Source of the DNA: Callorhinchus milii
Taxonomy: Eukaryota
DNA: 64,000 bases
Direction of reading: 5' to 3'
Assembly (NCBI RefSeq): GCF_018977255.1
Contig: NW_024704743.1
Coordinates: 66,714,001-66,778,000 of the forward strand
Below the pieces are notes generated by a model, which was given only the letters and a program-made list of their open reading frames with translations, ran no database searches and was not told the origin of the DNA. Below, piece after piece: positions 1 to 12,346 of the stretch. Positions within the stretch are counted from its first letter, which is position 1; every line of letters begins with the position of its first letter. The translations under genes were made by a program, and so were the position numbers.

Positions 1-67
1 TAATTGACAGATTATTGTGATGGAATCAAACCACGCACATTGACAGGGTATTATTTTGGATGATGTG

Positions 68-259
68 CTAGTTATCGCGGGTGAATCTTAACACATCGCA
101 AGTCGTAATTTTCACCCTGTCATAACAACATTGAAAAAGGAATTGTATAAGCACTTCAGTAGATGTGTTATCCCCATCTATATGCTCAATAGACCGAACA
201 GTTTCCTCCTTTGCTGTAAGATCTACGATTCTATGATACGAGACACCACTGAGACTCAG
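68..259 (-). pseudogene. Candidate exon resembling the N-terminal part of a BRICHOS/gastrokine-type domain, ending in an early TAG
   Basis: Acceptor ttgctttccag|CTG, phase 0, in frame with the 652-741 exon. Reads LSLSGVSYHRIVDLTAKEETVRSIEHIDGDNTSTEVL...RVKITTCDVLRFTRDN*. Family resemblance is by eye only. Confidence 0.35.
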
Positions 260-651
260 CTGGAAAGCAATGAGCAATTTGCTAATTATCTCAGGATAAA
301 CCAATTAATAGGGGCTAGTAGGAAATATTCAATGCATTAAGAAAAAATACACTAAAATTCTATCAGTGAAGAAATATAAGAGGTTAGTCAGTAATACTCA
401 GCAAATATCTTGTGTTATATCAATTCAGTTGGGCTGCATGAATCATCAACGCACATAATCACTTGATTTTAAAAGCATGAAAACAATAGTTACAAAGCTG
501 ATCTCACACTGTGCTTTATTTAGTGCAGAACAATTTGATCATATCTATTCTCTGCATAGCATAAACCAGGACTTGTCTGAAACTAAACAATGAGGTAAAA
601 TTAGCATAGATTCTATCATACAAAACACATTATGAAATATCATTAACTTAC

Positions 652-741
652 CCCAAATGTTTCAACTAAAGCTGCTAGCCCAGTATCTGCAGTGGTTGGC
701 AATAGCCACGTTGATATAAAACACAGTTGATATAAGGTCAT
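652..741 (-). CDS. Candidate first coding exon of a small secreted protein (MTLYQLCFISTWLLPTTADTGLAALVETFG)
   Basis: Acceptor tattgtag (exon would start at 750), ATG at 741, canonical donor GGG|gtaagt at 651, exactly 30 codons (phase 0). N-terminus resembles a signal peptide. Confidence 0.5.
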
Positions 742-789
742 TCACATGAACTACAATATACTGGCTGGCAGAATTACAGTCTCAAGTTG

Positions 790-1145
790 GGACTTTCAAC
801 TCACAGTCTAATCTAACACTCCAATGTGTTCAGTACTGGGGGTGTGTGGGTTGGGGTCAGAGGCGCCATCCTTCAGGCAAGACATTAAGGCAAGGTCCTA
901 TTTGACTGTCCAGGTGGACATTAAAGATTGCACACTATTTGAAAAGAGAAGAGAATTTCTCTCAATGTCCTGGCAAACGAATCTCCCAAATAAAATTGAT
1001 CATTTAATTCATGGTTTTTGTGGGACATAAATTGACTGTCTCTTTCGTCTACAAATCACAAGTTACACGTTACAATATATATTTGGAAGCACTTTGAGTG
1101 ATGTGAAAGGCGCTATATTAAATGTAACGTTTATTATTATTGTTA
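790..1145 (+). mobile_element. DeuSINE (SacSINE1-like), degenerate, 5'-eroded
   Basis: Deu-domain motif caggtggacattaaagat..cactatttgaaaagagaagagaatttctc..tgtcctggc; L2-like tail gtgaaaggcgctatattaaatg plus (tta)n. Confidence 0.75.
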
Positions 1146-1854
1146 ACAATAATATACATTAATATATGTTCTATAATGATCCTTAATCCATTTTAAAGTA
1201 AAATACAGTATGATAAAGCCAAAGTGCACTTAACAATAAATGTGTAAAATATTTAATCACATTGCCACCAGATCGCTATTGTCCTATGCAAAATAAATTA
1301 AATGCACTGGTTGAAATGTTTATGTACTAATCGTACATGTTTGTGCAATGAAGTCTATCAGCATGTAATTACAGGCATTGTAAGAAACATTGCTGCCCTT
1401 AAAATGTTTCACAGGCAATTTTATGGTCCACAAAAAGCAGTAAAGCTTGTTGTCTTTCAAAATGGGTTACAAAACATTGCAAACTTTAACCCAACGTTTT
1501 AAACTGGCATTTTTCCAGTTTAGGATTTTTTCAACCTGCTTTGTCGTTGAACAGGACCACCTGCTATTTGGATATCAGGCACTTGCCTGAAGTTTATACA
1601 GGTTATATATTTAACTCTAGCTTTGGAAAGCAAATTCAACTTTTTTGTCTCCAGCTAAACCTTAACCCACATTTCACCCACAGGGAGGCTAAATATTTAA
1701 TTTGCCATCAGATAATTTAAAAAAAGCTTAGTTTAATTTACGGTTTTCTGCCAGGCCTGAACAATTCTATGCCAGATATCTAATTTCCTCACTGATGTTA
1801 GTAATTCTGCCAGTCTGTGATTTTTCCAGTGCTCTGTGTATTGAATCGGGAAGC

Positions 1855-1862
1855 TATTTATA
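1855..1862 (-). promoter_or_regulatory. Candidate TATA box (TATAAATA) upstream of a putative leader exon ending at donor ACC|gtaaat (1742)
   Basis: Consensus TATAAATA on the minus strand about 115 nt upstream of a GT donor and about 1.1 kb upstream of the candidate ATG exon. Confidence 0.3.
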
Positions 1863-2094
1863 CATCCTGTCAGTGTCTGTGTCCTATTTTTGTCGTGTTC
1901 TTGTTTGGCTTCCTTCTCCATTTCTTCCAGTGGTTTACCAAAGAAGTCTAGCAATATGCCGCAAATCTGAGCTGAGAGGTTACTTTCCGTTATTATATTT
2001 CATTTAGTGTCTATGGCATAATGTTTTTGTACTGGGACTATTTACCCCAAAACAAAAGTTCTTTAAATTGCCTGAACTGATCTGATTTATTGTA

Positions 2095-2430
2095 CTTATT
2101 CATGCTTGGTACAGTTTCACAGGCACCAAATGCCCTCCAATACTTTGCCCATTGGCCATTATTCATGAATGATCCAGATGGTGACTGTCAGCAGGCTGTG
2201 CAACATTGAGAACACATCACAGCAAGCCCAAACTTCATCTAACAGTCACACACATGCATTTTCCAACACCATAACTGGATAGGGGTGTATGGACATTAGG
2301 CAAGGACAGGACCTTGCTTAGCTGTGATGCATCTGTTGTCAATTAGCCTCTCAACACTCAGGGTCATGGCTTATTTACAAATACCAGTCACTTTGGCAAG
2401 GTTTGGGTGAAGCACTGGCACTTGTGGAAT
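2095..2430. repeat. Inverted pair of diverged fragments of an old SINE-like repeat (about 2095-2282 minus, 2285-2430 plus); related pieces at about 62300-62710
   Basis: Reverse complement of the left part aligns block-wise with the right part (gcttgctgtgatg/gcttagctgtgatg; cagcctgctgacagtca/tagcctctcaacactca; ggcaaagtattggagggca/ggcaaggtttgggtgaagca). Confidence 0.5.
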
Positions 2431-2580
2431 GAAAACTTAGTCAAAAAGGTTTCAGACGATTGTCCAATAATCAAGAATAAGTTATAGAAGATTTCAATTT
2501 TTGTACTTGGCTGATAGATAATCAAGCTCAGGTAGTAAAGCATGTGTATTTTCAGGAAACGTCCAGCCAAATGCCTAACA

Positions 2581-3990
2581 ATAACAATAACAACAACAAC
2601 TTGAATTTATATAGCGTCCTTCACTCGGGATAGTGTCCAAACGTGCTTCACAGTGCTTGAGTCTGACAACAAGCCAGGGGGAGAGGGAGGGGGTAGGTAA
2701 TTGTAAGCACAATTAAACAGGAAGGTTTTTAGGTGGGATTTGAAAGTAGGGAGCGAGGGAGCAAGGCGGAGGGTTGAGGGAGCCAGTAGAGTTTGGGGGC
2801 GAATTGGCTGAAGGCACGGCCACCAATGGTGGAGCAGAGGGGACGAGGACAAACATGAGGCTGGAGCCAGCCGAGGCAGCACGTGGGGGAGTTAGGGGGG
2901 TAAGCAGATTGGATAGGAAGAGAGGTCGAAGGCATGAAGGGAATTGAAAATGAGTGAGGTGATTTTGAAATTGATCAATTCGGTAATTGGGAGCAAGTGG
3001 AACCTGGCAAGGACTGGTGTGATGGAGGTTGAGGAGTTCAGACCCATAGGAGAGAAGACGTTGACGGGAACCAAAGAGTATGGCTTCATCTTGCCGACCT
3101 TCAGCTTCAGGAAATTTGCACTCATCCAGGCCTTGATGTCCATCAAACAAGTTGACATGACATCAGCAGACTCCGAGTCACAGCTGAACGAGAAGTAGAT
3201 TTGCGTGTGATCCGCTTATATGTGAAAGTTGACCCCATGTCTTCAGATGACATCACCAAGAGGAAGCCTGTAGATGAGGAAAAGAAGGGGGTCAAGGATG
3301 GAACCTTGGGGTACACCGCAGGTGACCGGGTCGGGGTAGAAGAAAAAAAGTTTGCCGAGATGTATTGTTAAGTAGAACTCGAACAATGCGAGTGCATTCC
3401 CACTGAGGTGGATGAGGCGAGGAGAGGCGGTGGAGGAAGATAGCATGATCGACTGTGTTAAGCACGGTGGAGAGGTTCAGGAGAACAAGGAAGCAGAGGG
3501 AGCTCTGGTCATAGAGAAAGAGGATGTCATTTGTTACTTTGATGAGTGCTGTCTCTGTGCTGTGGGCTGGGCGGAAACCGGACTGGAGGGGTTCAAGTAG
3601 GGAGTGGAGGGAGAGGTGTGAGCAAAATTGATTTGCAATGATGGGTTCTAAAACTTTGACCAGGAAGGGCAGGTTTGAGCTGGGTCTGAAGTTTGTGAGG
3701 TTGGAAGGATTGAGGGTAGTTTTTTTAAGGGGAGGAGTGATAACAGCGGTTTTGAGGGGGAGTGGGACAGAGCCTGCGGTTGATTGTGTCAGCCAGCAGT
3801 GTGCAGAGGAGGGGGACTTAAGTGACCAGACACTGGGTAAGGAGGAGGTTGAGGCAGCAAGTGATAAGCTTCACCTGGATAATGGTGGGGGAAAGGGATG
3901 TGGGAGAGATGGGTGTCAAAGGAATGTAGCATGGGGGCTGTGGTAGGAGGAGAGGGTGATGAAGGAGACATGGGCCGTAGTAGGCAATCG
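2581..3990 (-). mobile_element. L2-clade LINE, 5'-truncated, degenerate RT and 3' end
   Basis: ORF fragments [55 protein letters not shown]; (TTG)n tail at 2581-2600. Confidence 0.9.
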
Positions 3991-5509
3991 CTTTCATCTA
4001 CAGTTGCACAGTTACTTTACTTTGCAGTAAATCCTATGAACTGCATTGAGACGTCTCGATGATGTGAAAAGATGCTGTATCAAATGCCAGGATTATTATT
4101 ATTACCTGCCTCGAAACAATTGATGCTTTATAAAATTGATTGCGTCCATTTTTTTTCTAATTTTCTCCTCACTGACAAATAATGTACTGATGGGTTGCAG
4201 GAAGATATACAATTCTTAGCTGAGGGGAAACTAATAACAATCAGCAGATATATGCCACTAGTATATAAAATCTACATCGTGCTTATAAATGGAGTAAATG
4301 CCTTTTATCTGTCACCTAGATCTTCACAGAGTTGCCTATGGGTTGTATTGTGAGAGGTAGTGGGTTGTCAGACTAAGGCAGGGTTGTCCAATGTGTTAGC
4401 CACTAACCACATGTGGTGAATTAGGAATCCAGATGTGGAAAAATTGCATTTTTGATCAGTAAATAAATAATAAGTAATAGACACCATTGTTGGGCATGTG
4501 ATCTCAATGCTTATATTCGCTTGTTGGTAAAATGATAAGACAAAAAGCAGCATGTTTGAATATTTTTTTGATTGTTGTGTGTGATTTACTATCTTGGTTT
4601 TGCTTATTGGTTATAAAATGGTGTGAAACATGGGTGAAACTGACGGATTTTAGAACCATGGAAACACTTGCAATATTGTACAGAGGAGCTGTGAGCTTGA
4701 CCAATCGAAATAACCACTCCAAGCCAGTGAAGAAAGTAAACTCAGCCAACAGTAAGCAGGTCCATCAGGACACCTCATGGCAAAGCACAAGCTTGTATGG
4801 CCAACAATGTTCTGGATGGAAAGTAGGGGCAGGTCTGCCGCATTTCTTAAAAGAAGTAAAGAGAAGACTGCAAAGTTTCACACTGAATGGTAGTAGAAGT
4901 TTGGTAACAGATATTTGTTAAGTAAATAAACATGCATGTGAAGTACATTTATCTGTATTGTGTGAATGTATGTAAGCCATAACCTGTAGTTAGTCAGCAA
5001 TTTCTGGATTTACTGGTTTATTTTCTCAATCCTATTTACCATCTTGTATATCTCTGCGTCAGTGAATTGTCTCTATTCAAGGCTGAAGATTGCTAGCTTT
5101 TCTAGCTTATTTAATCATTCCTCATAGCTCATCACTCTATCACTGAGATCATTTGTGTTGCTCTCTGTATTACCTCTGGGGCCTGATCAGTCCATCTATG
5201 TAACTATGACCTGAACTGTATGCATTAATCAAGGAGCAAGGTGATCAAAGCTTGTGCATGGCTTCTGGAAATCTGAACTCAACCGATTTGACAATGTAGC
5301 CTATTTTCTATTAGCCTTGTTTATTTCTGCCTTACAATGTCAGTTACATAAAACATATACTCATTGTTCAATATCGCTAAAGTTTATCCCAGAGTCTCAT
5401 AGAAAAGGTTATATTCCATCTTAATGAGATAATTTCTATTGTCCATGCAAGGGTCAGGATTAGTAACACCCAGGTCCAAGCCAATATGTATTTGTTTAAA
5501 TATTTAATT

Positions 5510-5790
5510 CAACCCCAGTGAGCTAGAATTTCTGTATAAGTATAATTACAATATGGTACCGGCATCGTAATTGTTTAAATCTCGCAATCAGAAGAGAGCG
5601 AATAAGCTATCTTCTGGTCATAGGCTTCAAACTGGGTCAAACTCGATATCCCTGGTGGCTATGAAGATCAGCAAGGACACTGAGGTGAAGGCGTGTGATA
5701 GGAAAGTGGCCGGTTGGGAGTCTACCTGCGCGTGGGTCTGTGGAAATTTAAAACAAAAATTGTTTGTTTCGGGCCCAGTCTGTCCAGGTC
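5510..5790 (+). repeat. Unclassified interspersed repeat, homologous to 33375-33660
   Basis: Shared collinear blocks gagct(a/g)gaatttctg, taattacaat, tggtaccggc, ataagctatcttctg, aaactcgat. Confidence 0.65.
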
Positions 5791-6359
5791 AGAATTCTGA
5801 ATACTCTGAGTCCAGTAAGCCGGTGGGTAGTGTATTGTGCAACTGAGTGCAGCACAGTGGGTGGAAAATATTAGTTCTCTACTCCGTCTGTTCATCATAT
5901 TGGTGTATATGATCCTCCTCTCTGCTCTGGGCCATTGCTATTCAGCTGTCAGATTCACTGAAAGCATTTCTATGGTGTTAGCATCCAGTTCTCCTGTGGC
6001 TCGAGTGGGCCACTGATCCAAAGTTCCATGCTGTGGAAGATCCTTTCACTGCCAGATCCTAAAAGCTTGGCAGGCAATATTATGTTAATCTTACAAAGCC
6101 TTTAATATATAAATCATAGTAAAATATCATATACAATGATGTGAGAAAATAAAATATTAGAACGGGTTTCCGAACTACATTGCCAAATTTATTGAATAAA
6201 TAAAAACTATGTTCAAGCTGTACAGTGCCATGTCAGGCCCATAAGGGAGTCAACCAGACCCCAGAGCCAGGGCAGAAGAAAGTAAGAAGGCCCAGCTTTA
6301 AAGACAAGAACTATGAGGAATAACTGGATAAGGTAGAATTATTTAGTATTGTAAAGAGG

Positions 6360-6790
6360 TAATAATAAAAAAAACCTTACATTTGTTATAGCACCTTTCA
6401 AGTTGAGATGATATCTCAAAAGTTTCACATAATTTATGGTAAAATGCACTGACTGTATTTTGTAGGCAAATGTAACAGCTGGTATGCACGCAGCAATGTT
6501 CCAAAAACAGCCACAAGATGAATGATGAATTTTATTATTGTGATTATTGTTCAGGACAATGGAAAAACTCCCTTTTATTTTCAAATAATGTCATGGGAAA
6601 TTTAAAATCCACCTGAACAGACAAGACCTAGAATTAATGTCTCATCCGAAGGTCGTCACCACCAACAAAGTTGTGTTGCTCCTACATTGCATTGGAATGT
6701 CAGCATAGTTGGTGAGGTCACAGTCCTAACATGGGGCTTGAATCGGCAACCTTTTGACTCCGAGTGCTACCAAATGAGTCAAGCTGACAC
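6360..6790 (-). mobile_element. DeuSINE, degenerate, near full length
   Basis: Head tgtcagcttgactcatttggtagcactc, Deu core ttcggatgagacattaa...caggtggat, L2-like tail. Confidence 0.75.
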
Positions 6791-6829
6791 TTAATGTCCC
6801 AAAGTAGTTCTTATAACAATATATGATAC

Positions 6830-7115
6830 TAAATGAGATAGAGTAAATAGATAAAGTATATGACATTAATACTTTCAGATATACCAAGGGAGCCAGACAA
6901 GAGGTCACAGGTTCAGGGTTGTGATTACTAACTTTAGATTGGCACCAGGAAGTATAGTATTTCTTCACATGGAGGGCAATTTATAGCTGGAACAGGTTAC
7001 TAGGAAGGGTGGTTGAGGTCAGGATATTTGACTCATTTATGAAATCACTTGATGCTGAAGTGGTAAGATAATAGGATTCGTATTAAGGTGGGGACAGAAA
7101 AGCCTTCTTCATTCA
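6830..7115 (+). mobile_element. CR1-clade LINE 3' fragment
   Basis: Translates to YFFTWRAIYSWNRLLGRVVEVRIFDSFMKSLD, the CR1 ORF2 C-terminal motif FFT.R....WN.LP..VV......FK..LD. Confidence 0.75.
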
Positions 7116-10100
7116 TATCTTTCTGCAGAAAGAATGAAAAAACATATTTGATGCATAAATCTACTCCTTCCACAGACTATAAGCAATCGTCCCAACGTGA
7201 AAGGTTCTATACCAAACACAGGGATTATTATTATTATTTATTATTATTATTACTCAGCACCAGCTGCTTAATCCAGGTTCTTATGTGAAGGGATTTGGTA
7301 AATAGACATGCTCGCTGTGCAGCCAACTCTGCTCCAGGGTACACTGAAACTCGTCAGTGTAGGCCAGAGTCCTCACTCCCTGCAGCCACTATATCAAAAT
7401 ACCACCTCACTGCTTGACTTCACAAATGAGTTGGAGGAATTCTCTCCATTGCATGCTCCGGAGCTCACAGCCTTGAAGGAGAACTGTTTGGATATGTCTT
7501 ATATGCCACAATCTTAAATTACATTGGGACATTGCTGTCCTTAAAGAGAGAGAATGACCAGAGTGCACTTTGGCCCTTGGTGCAATGGGCACTCTGGTCC
7601 CACAAAACAGTGTCCAATTAAAGGTTGGTATCAACCACAACCTCAGACATCAACAAGAATCAATTGAGATTGATACCCCTTGTATCTTCTAATTAATACC
7701 TTCAACGTCCCCTTCTTGAATTGTGCAGAGCCACAATACTAAACTTGTTATGTCCTACTGAGTGGTTAAGAATTCAAGATGGTGATTTACCCCACTGTAG
7801 ATGAAACAGAAACAGTAAAATCTGTTAATTTATCTATTCAGGTGTTTTTTTTAAAAGATACTGCTTAAAAACGGAAGGGATTCTTTTCTGTGTCCTTGTC
7901 AACAATCCTCCTGATTAACAGTTCATTCGCCTCATGGTGGTTTGTGAGATTTTGCTTGTTGAATGCCAGCTGTGTTTGCCTACAAAAAACAGTCTCCTGC
8001 ACTTGGCAGTAATTATTTTTTGTGAAAGAACTTACAGAACAGAAGGAGGCCATTCAGTTCATTGTACCTGTACTGAAGAGCAATCTGTTTTGTCCCATTC
8101 TCCTGTCTTTTCCCCCTAACGTTTTATATTTGTATTCAAATATTTGTTTACAAAATACACAGTCGGTACACTTTACAGTGAAATCCTATGAAATAATTTG
8201 AGGTGTCCTCCTGATCTGATAGGCCCTATATTAAATGCAAATATTATTATTACTATCCTGCTTCAGATATTGATCAAATTTCCTCTTAAAAGTTAAAATG
8301 CTTCCAAATAGACAAGTCACATCCTAACATCCCTCTGTTTAAAAACTGTTTGCCTGACTTCTCCCTTTGCACTTTTGATAATTACCTTAATTCTAAACTA
8401 TCAATGGAATGAATCTCCTCTGCTCTCTCTCTCTCTCTTTCTCTCACTATGACCTTGATATCTTTCCTATAATGAAGTGTCCATAATTGGATACAATACT
8501 CCAACTGTAGCCCAACTAATGATTTATTCAGGCTTAGAATTACGCCTTTGACTTGATGTTCTGTTCCCTGTTTATGAAACCTAGGATTCCCTGACCTTTT
8601 ATTTAAAGCTTTTTAAACTTGCCCTCCTGCCTTTTGAGGAGTTGTGTATATTGACTTCTGAGTCACTCTGCTTTTCCACTCTGTTTAAAGTTTTACCACT
8701 TAGTGAACAATTCTTCACTGTATTCTTCCTCCCAGAATGTATCACCTGACACTTTTTAGCCAAGAGCTAAAAACATGCAATTTACAATGCAGTGCAAAAG
8801 AATAGTTATAATTAGCTTAAACTTGACTACTTGTAAAAACTAATGTCCGCAGCCAATGTCAGTCAACCATAATTTAGGCAGGAATTACATGGTCACGAAT
8901 TCAGTTTATTTCCAGTGTGCAAATCAGCAGAGGGTCAGCACTGAATGCTGGAGCACTAAAGTGCTCATAGTGCACCACATTGTGAAGATTAAGTATGCAT
9001 CCTTCCACGATAAAGTACAATACAATAAAGTATCTCCCCACCAACAGGAAGTTGATCACATTGGTCCTGCCTCAGCACTACAGTACTACCTCATTGCTCC
9101 TAAACTTATGCTGGTGGATATCTGCGAGCAAATTGCATTCATGGAAACAAAGTACTACATTGATATGAAAAAGTATTAAAATGGACCAAAGGTCAAAGAG
9201 CAAAGTTTTTAGATGTGATTTGAAGACAAGCAAAGAGGAGGCAAAGCAAAGGGATTGAGGCAGGAAGTTCCAGAGATTCAGGGCATAGCGGCTGAAAGCA
9301 CAGCCACTAATGGTAGAGCAGAAGGAAGGAGGGACATGGAGAAGAAATGAGACTGAAAGGATTGTTCTTTCAAAAGTCAACACAGACACGATGAGCCAAA
9401 TGGCTCTATTTTGTGCTTAAGTTTCTATAGTTTTGTAGTTCTTCTTGGATTGAAATGTGACTGTTCATCCATTCTAGTCTATTATCACTTTAGTTATTTC
9501 ATTTAAAACATCTTGCAGTGTTCACATGATTGCTTCAGCTCCATATATTTTGAGCTGAGAAATGAAAGCCAGTGTTCTGTTATGTTTTCACATGAAGATT
9601 ATTAGATTTTTTTCATATTACAATTTAGCTTTGGGGCCTTTGTTCAACACTATAATTCAGAGTGGAAACAAATTTAATGTGGCTCTTGTCATATATTCAC
9701 GTCATGATCATTTGACATATCATCTATTGCAGAAGAATATTACTTCAGGCCTTGAAGTTTCTTCGTACTTTTCAGATCTGCTGCAAATTTACAACTTATA
9801 TAACATTTAAGGTATCTCAATACATCTGACTTCTGGCAGTGTTATTCATCATACGGGAAGTACTCAAATATTGGTTGAGCCTCAGTGAAGCTGGTGTACC
9901 AACCAGAATCACAAAGGCAAAATTGTTAGAAATGAAAGAAGTTGGAAACAGAGCTTGGGAGTGATGCTTCACTTACCAGTCTTGGCACTGAGATGATCAG
10001 GGTAAAATCCCATTATAATTTACACCACTAAGGTCAGTTAATTTACTACCATATGGAAAATAAAGCACACTTGCCCATCAAATTCAACAACAGCAACAAC

Positions 10101-12184
10101 AAAAACTTGCATTTATATAGCACCCTTTGCATAGGATAACATCTTGGAGTGCTTCACAGTGGTGGGGTTGGACATCGAGCAAGGGAGAAGGGGAAAAAAG
10201 TGGTGACCATTGGTACAGTTGAAGAGAAAGATTTTAAGGTGGGATTTAAAGATAGATAAGGAGTGGGCATTTGAAGGGATAGAGAAGTACTAGAGGTTAG
10301 GGGCATAATGACTGAAGGCTCAATCACTGATCAGTAAGTTTAACAGTTGTGGGTTTATCTTATTTGACTGTAGACGAATAACAGAAAACAGAGATTTTGC
10401 CACTTGTGTAACTCTTACATTTATAGTCCAATTTGTGAGTTGAGTTAACAGTCCATGTACAACATTTGTAAGTTTGCTTAACTATGTACAAACCCGTGGA
10501 TGTATGGATAAAACTACAAGTGCTCTTAATTGTGAAGTTGCAACCAATGAAAAGAATTACAGTTGATTCTGTGATCCTTTACATTAGTTACAATACATTA
10601 CTACACAATACTTTTTGCATTTATATAGTCTTTCATGTTGGGAGAACATCTCAAAGTTCTTCACACTACTGGCTGGGTATCCAAATTGGGGGTGGGAGCC
10701 AAAGGGGAGGGGAAAGTTGACCGAAAGCGTGGTCAAATAGTTAAGTCGTAAATGTGGCTTTGAAAAGGGACATGAAGGGAGCGAGTTGGTGGGACTCCAG
10801 GATGAAGTAGTTGCTACTTATATAATGTGTTTACACATGGTTAATCCAACCCACAGATTCTGCACATGGGTGGTTAAACATATCTACTAATTAGATCCCA
10901 TTATAAAATAATCCTTGTGTATGATATAACAGATTATCATGTCAGTGAAACATGTCAAAGTAACACACAGGATTTTTATTGTGAAGTGTAGTGACAGTGC
11001 ATTTGGAGACCATTTATCAATCTACCTGATGGTCATATAATTTGAGTCATTACTTGAGTACACAGGCTAAGGACATAGAGGATATTTGCTCCACCTCAGT
11101 TAAAATTTGATTTAATTTCTCATTATAGAAATTCATACTATATCCTACATTATATCCTAGGTTTTCAGAATGAAATCACATTCCAAATATTAGCCTGTGT
11201 CAGCAAAAAAGGCAAGTTCGGCCATATGTAGATGGATACCTAAAGATTTCTTCCATAACGAATGATCACCCTGATGGATTCCAACATAATTTTGAAGGTA
11301 CTACTAATACAGCTACTGTGGAAAGGAATAAAACCGACACACGTTTATTTATTGAGGACTACATCACAGTACTTTTATTCACACCACTTGGTTGCCCTAA
11401 TATAAAATCTACAGCTAGAGAGAGAGAGAGCCAAGTTTTGAGCTGATGGGTCTCTGATGTGAAGTTTTACTGTGGAGTTTATCCCACCACAGATTCACAG
11501 TAACTGATAGTGTGAACACAACTTTGCACCATGCTGTGATCCTTCCTCACACTTACAGTCAGAGAAGGAGTAAGAGTCATCAAATTAAGTACAACTCACC
11601 TTATGTTGCTTTTCAGAAGGCCACAGTGTCAGTGTTACAGGGTAAAGTGAATCACCATTCTTTAAGTTTATGTTTAACCTTATACAGGTATGTAATCTTC
11701 CAGAAGTACATAGTAACATAAAGGACTATAAAGAGTCAATCTGATTGAATCCAAAGCAAAAATAGATAAGTAAACAGTCTCTCAGAAATCTCAATTTATT
11801 TACCACATAGCTCTCCAATTCCCTCTTGACTTTTCTGGGTAGGTTATTATAATAATCCTTGCATTTGATATAGGGCTTTATCATGTCTTTGAGACGTTTT
11901 AAAGCGCTTCACAGAATATACTGTAAAGTGAATTGACTGTATATTTTGTGGGTAAAATTATTCTACATATTCACCACTCTCTTGTGTAAACCAATCAAGT
12001 CTGAACTCTCTGTTCACTTTTGCCTAAGTCAGTTTCCTGCAGATTGCTTGGCCGTGTTTTTACACAATGTCCTTCACTTGTCAATCAGAGCAGATCAAGT
12101 AACAGATAAGATAACAATGCCATTGTTGTAAACATTTCGTATCCAGCTCACTCCCACCTTGCTTATTCCCAACTTTCTTCACAG

Positions 12185-12346
12185 AGCTTTTCTGATCAAG
12201 TTGATTTGGAGCTTGGAAGCATGGATTGCACACTGAATTTCCAGCTCATGTTCAGCTTGACTGTTGGTATGCAGGGCAGCTGGAAAAGACTGCAGCACTC
12301 TGAAGAGCAGATTGTCAAGCTAAGCTTAGTGTATGTGTCAAGAGTT
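12185..12346 (+). other. Candidate spliced exon (162 nt, open in one frame), product unknown
   Basis: Strong acceptor cttattcccaactttcttcacag| and donor GTT|gtaagt; reads SFSDQVDLELGSMDCTLNFQ...VYVSRV in phase 0. No recognisable homology. Confidence 0.25.

Noticed and set aside
5880..6058. Minus-strand acceptor followed by coding-looking sequence
   Set aside because: All three frames contain stops and no homology is recognisable.
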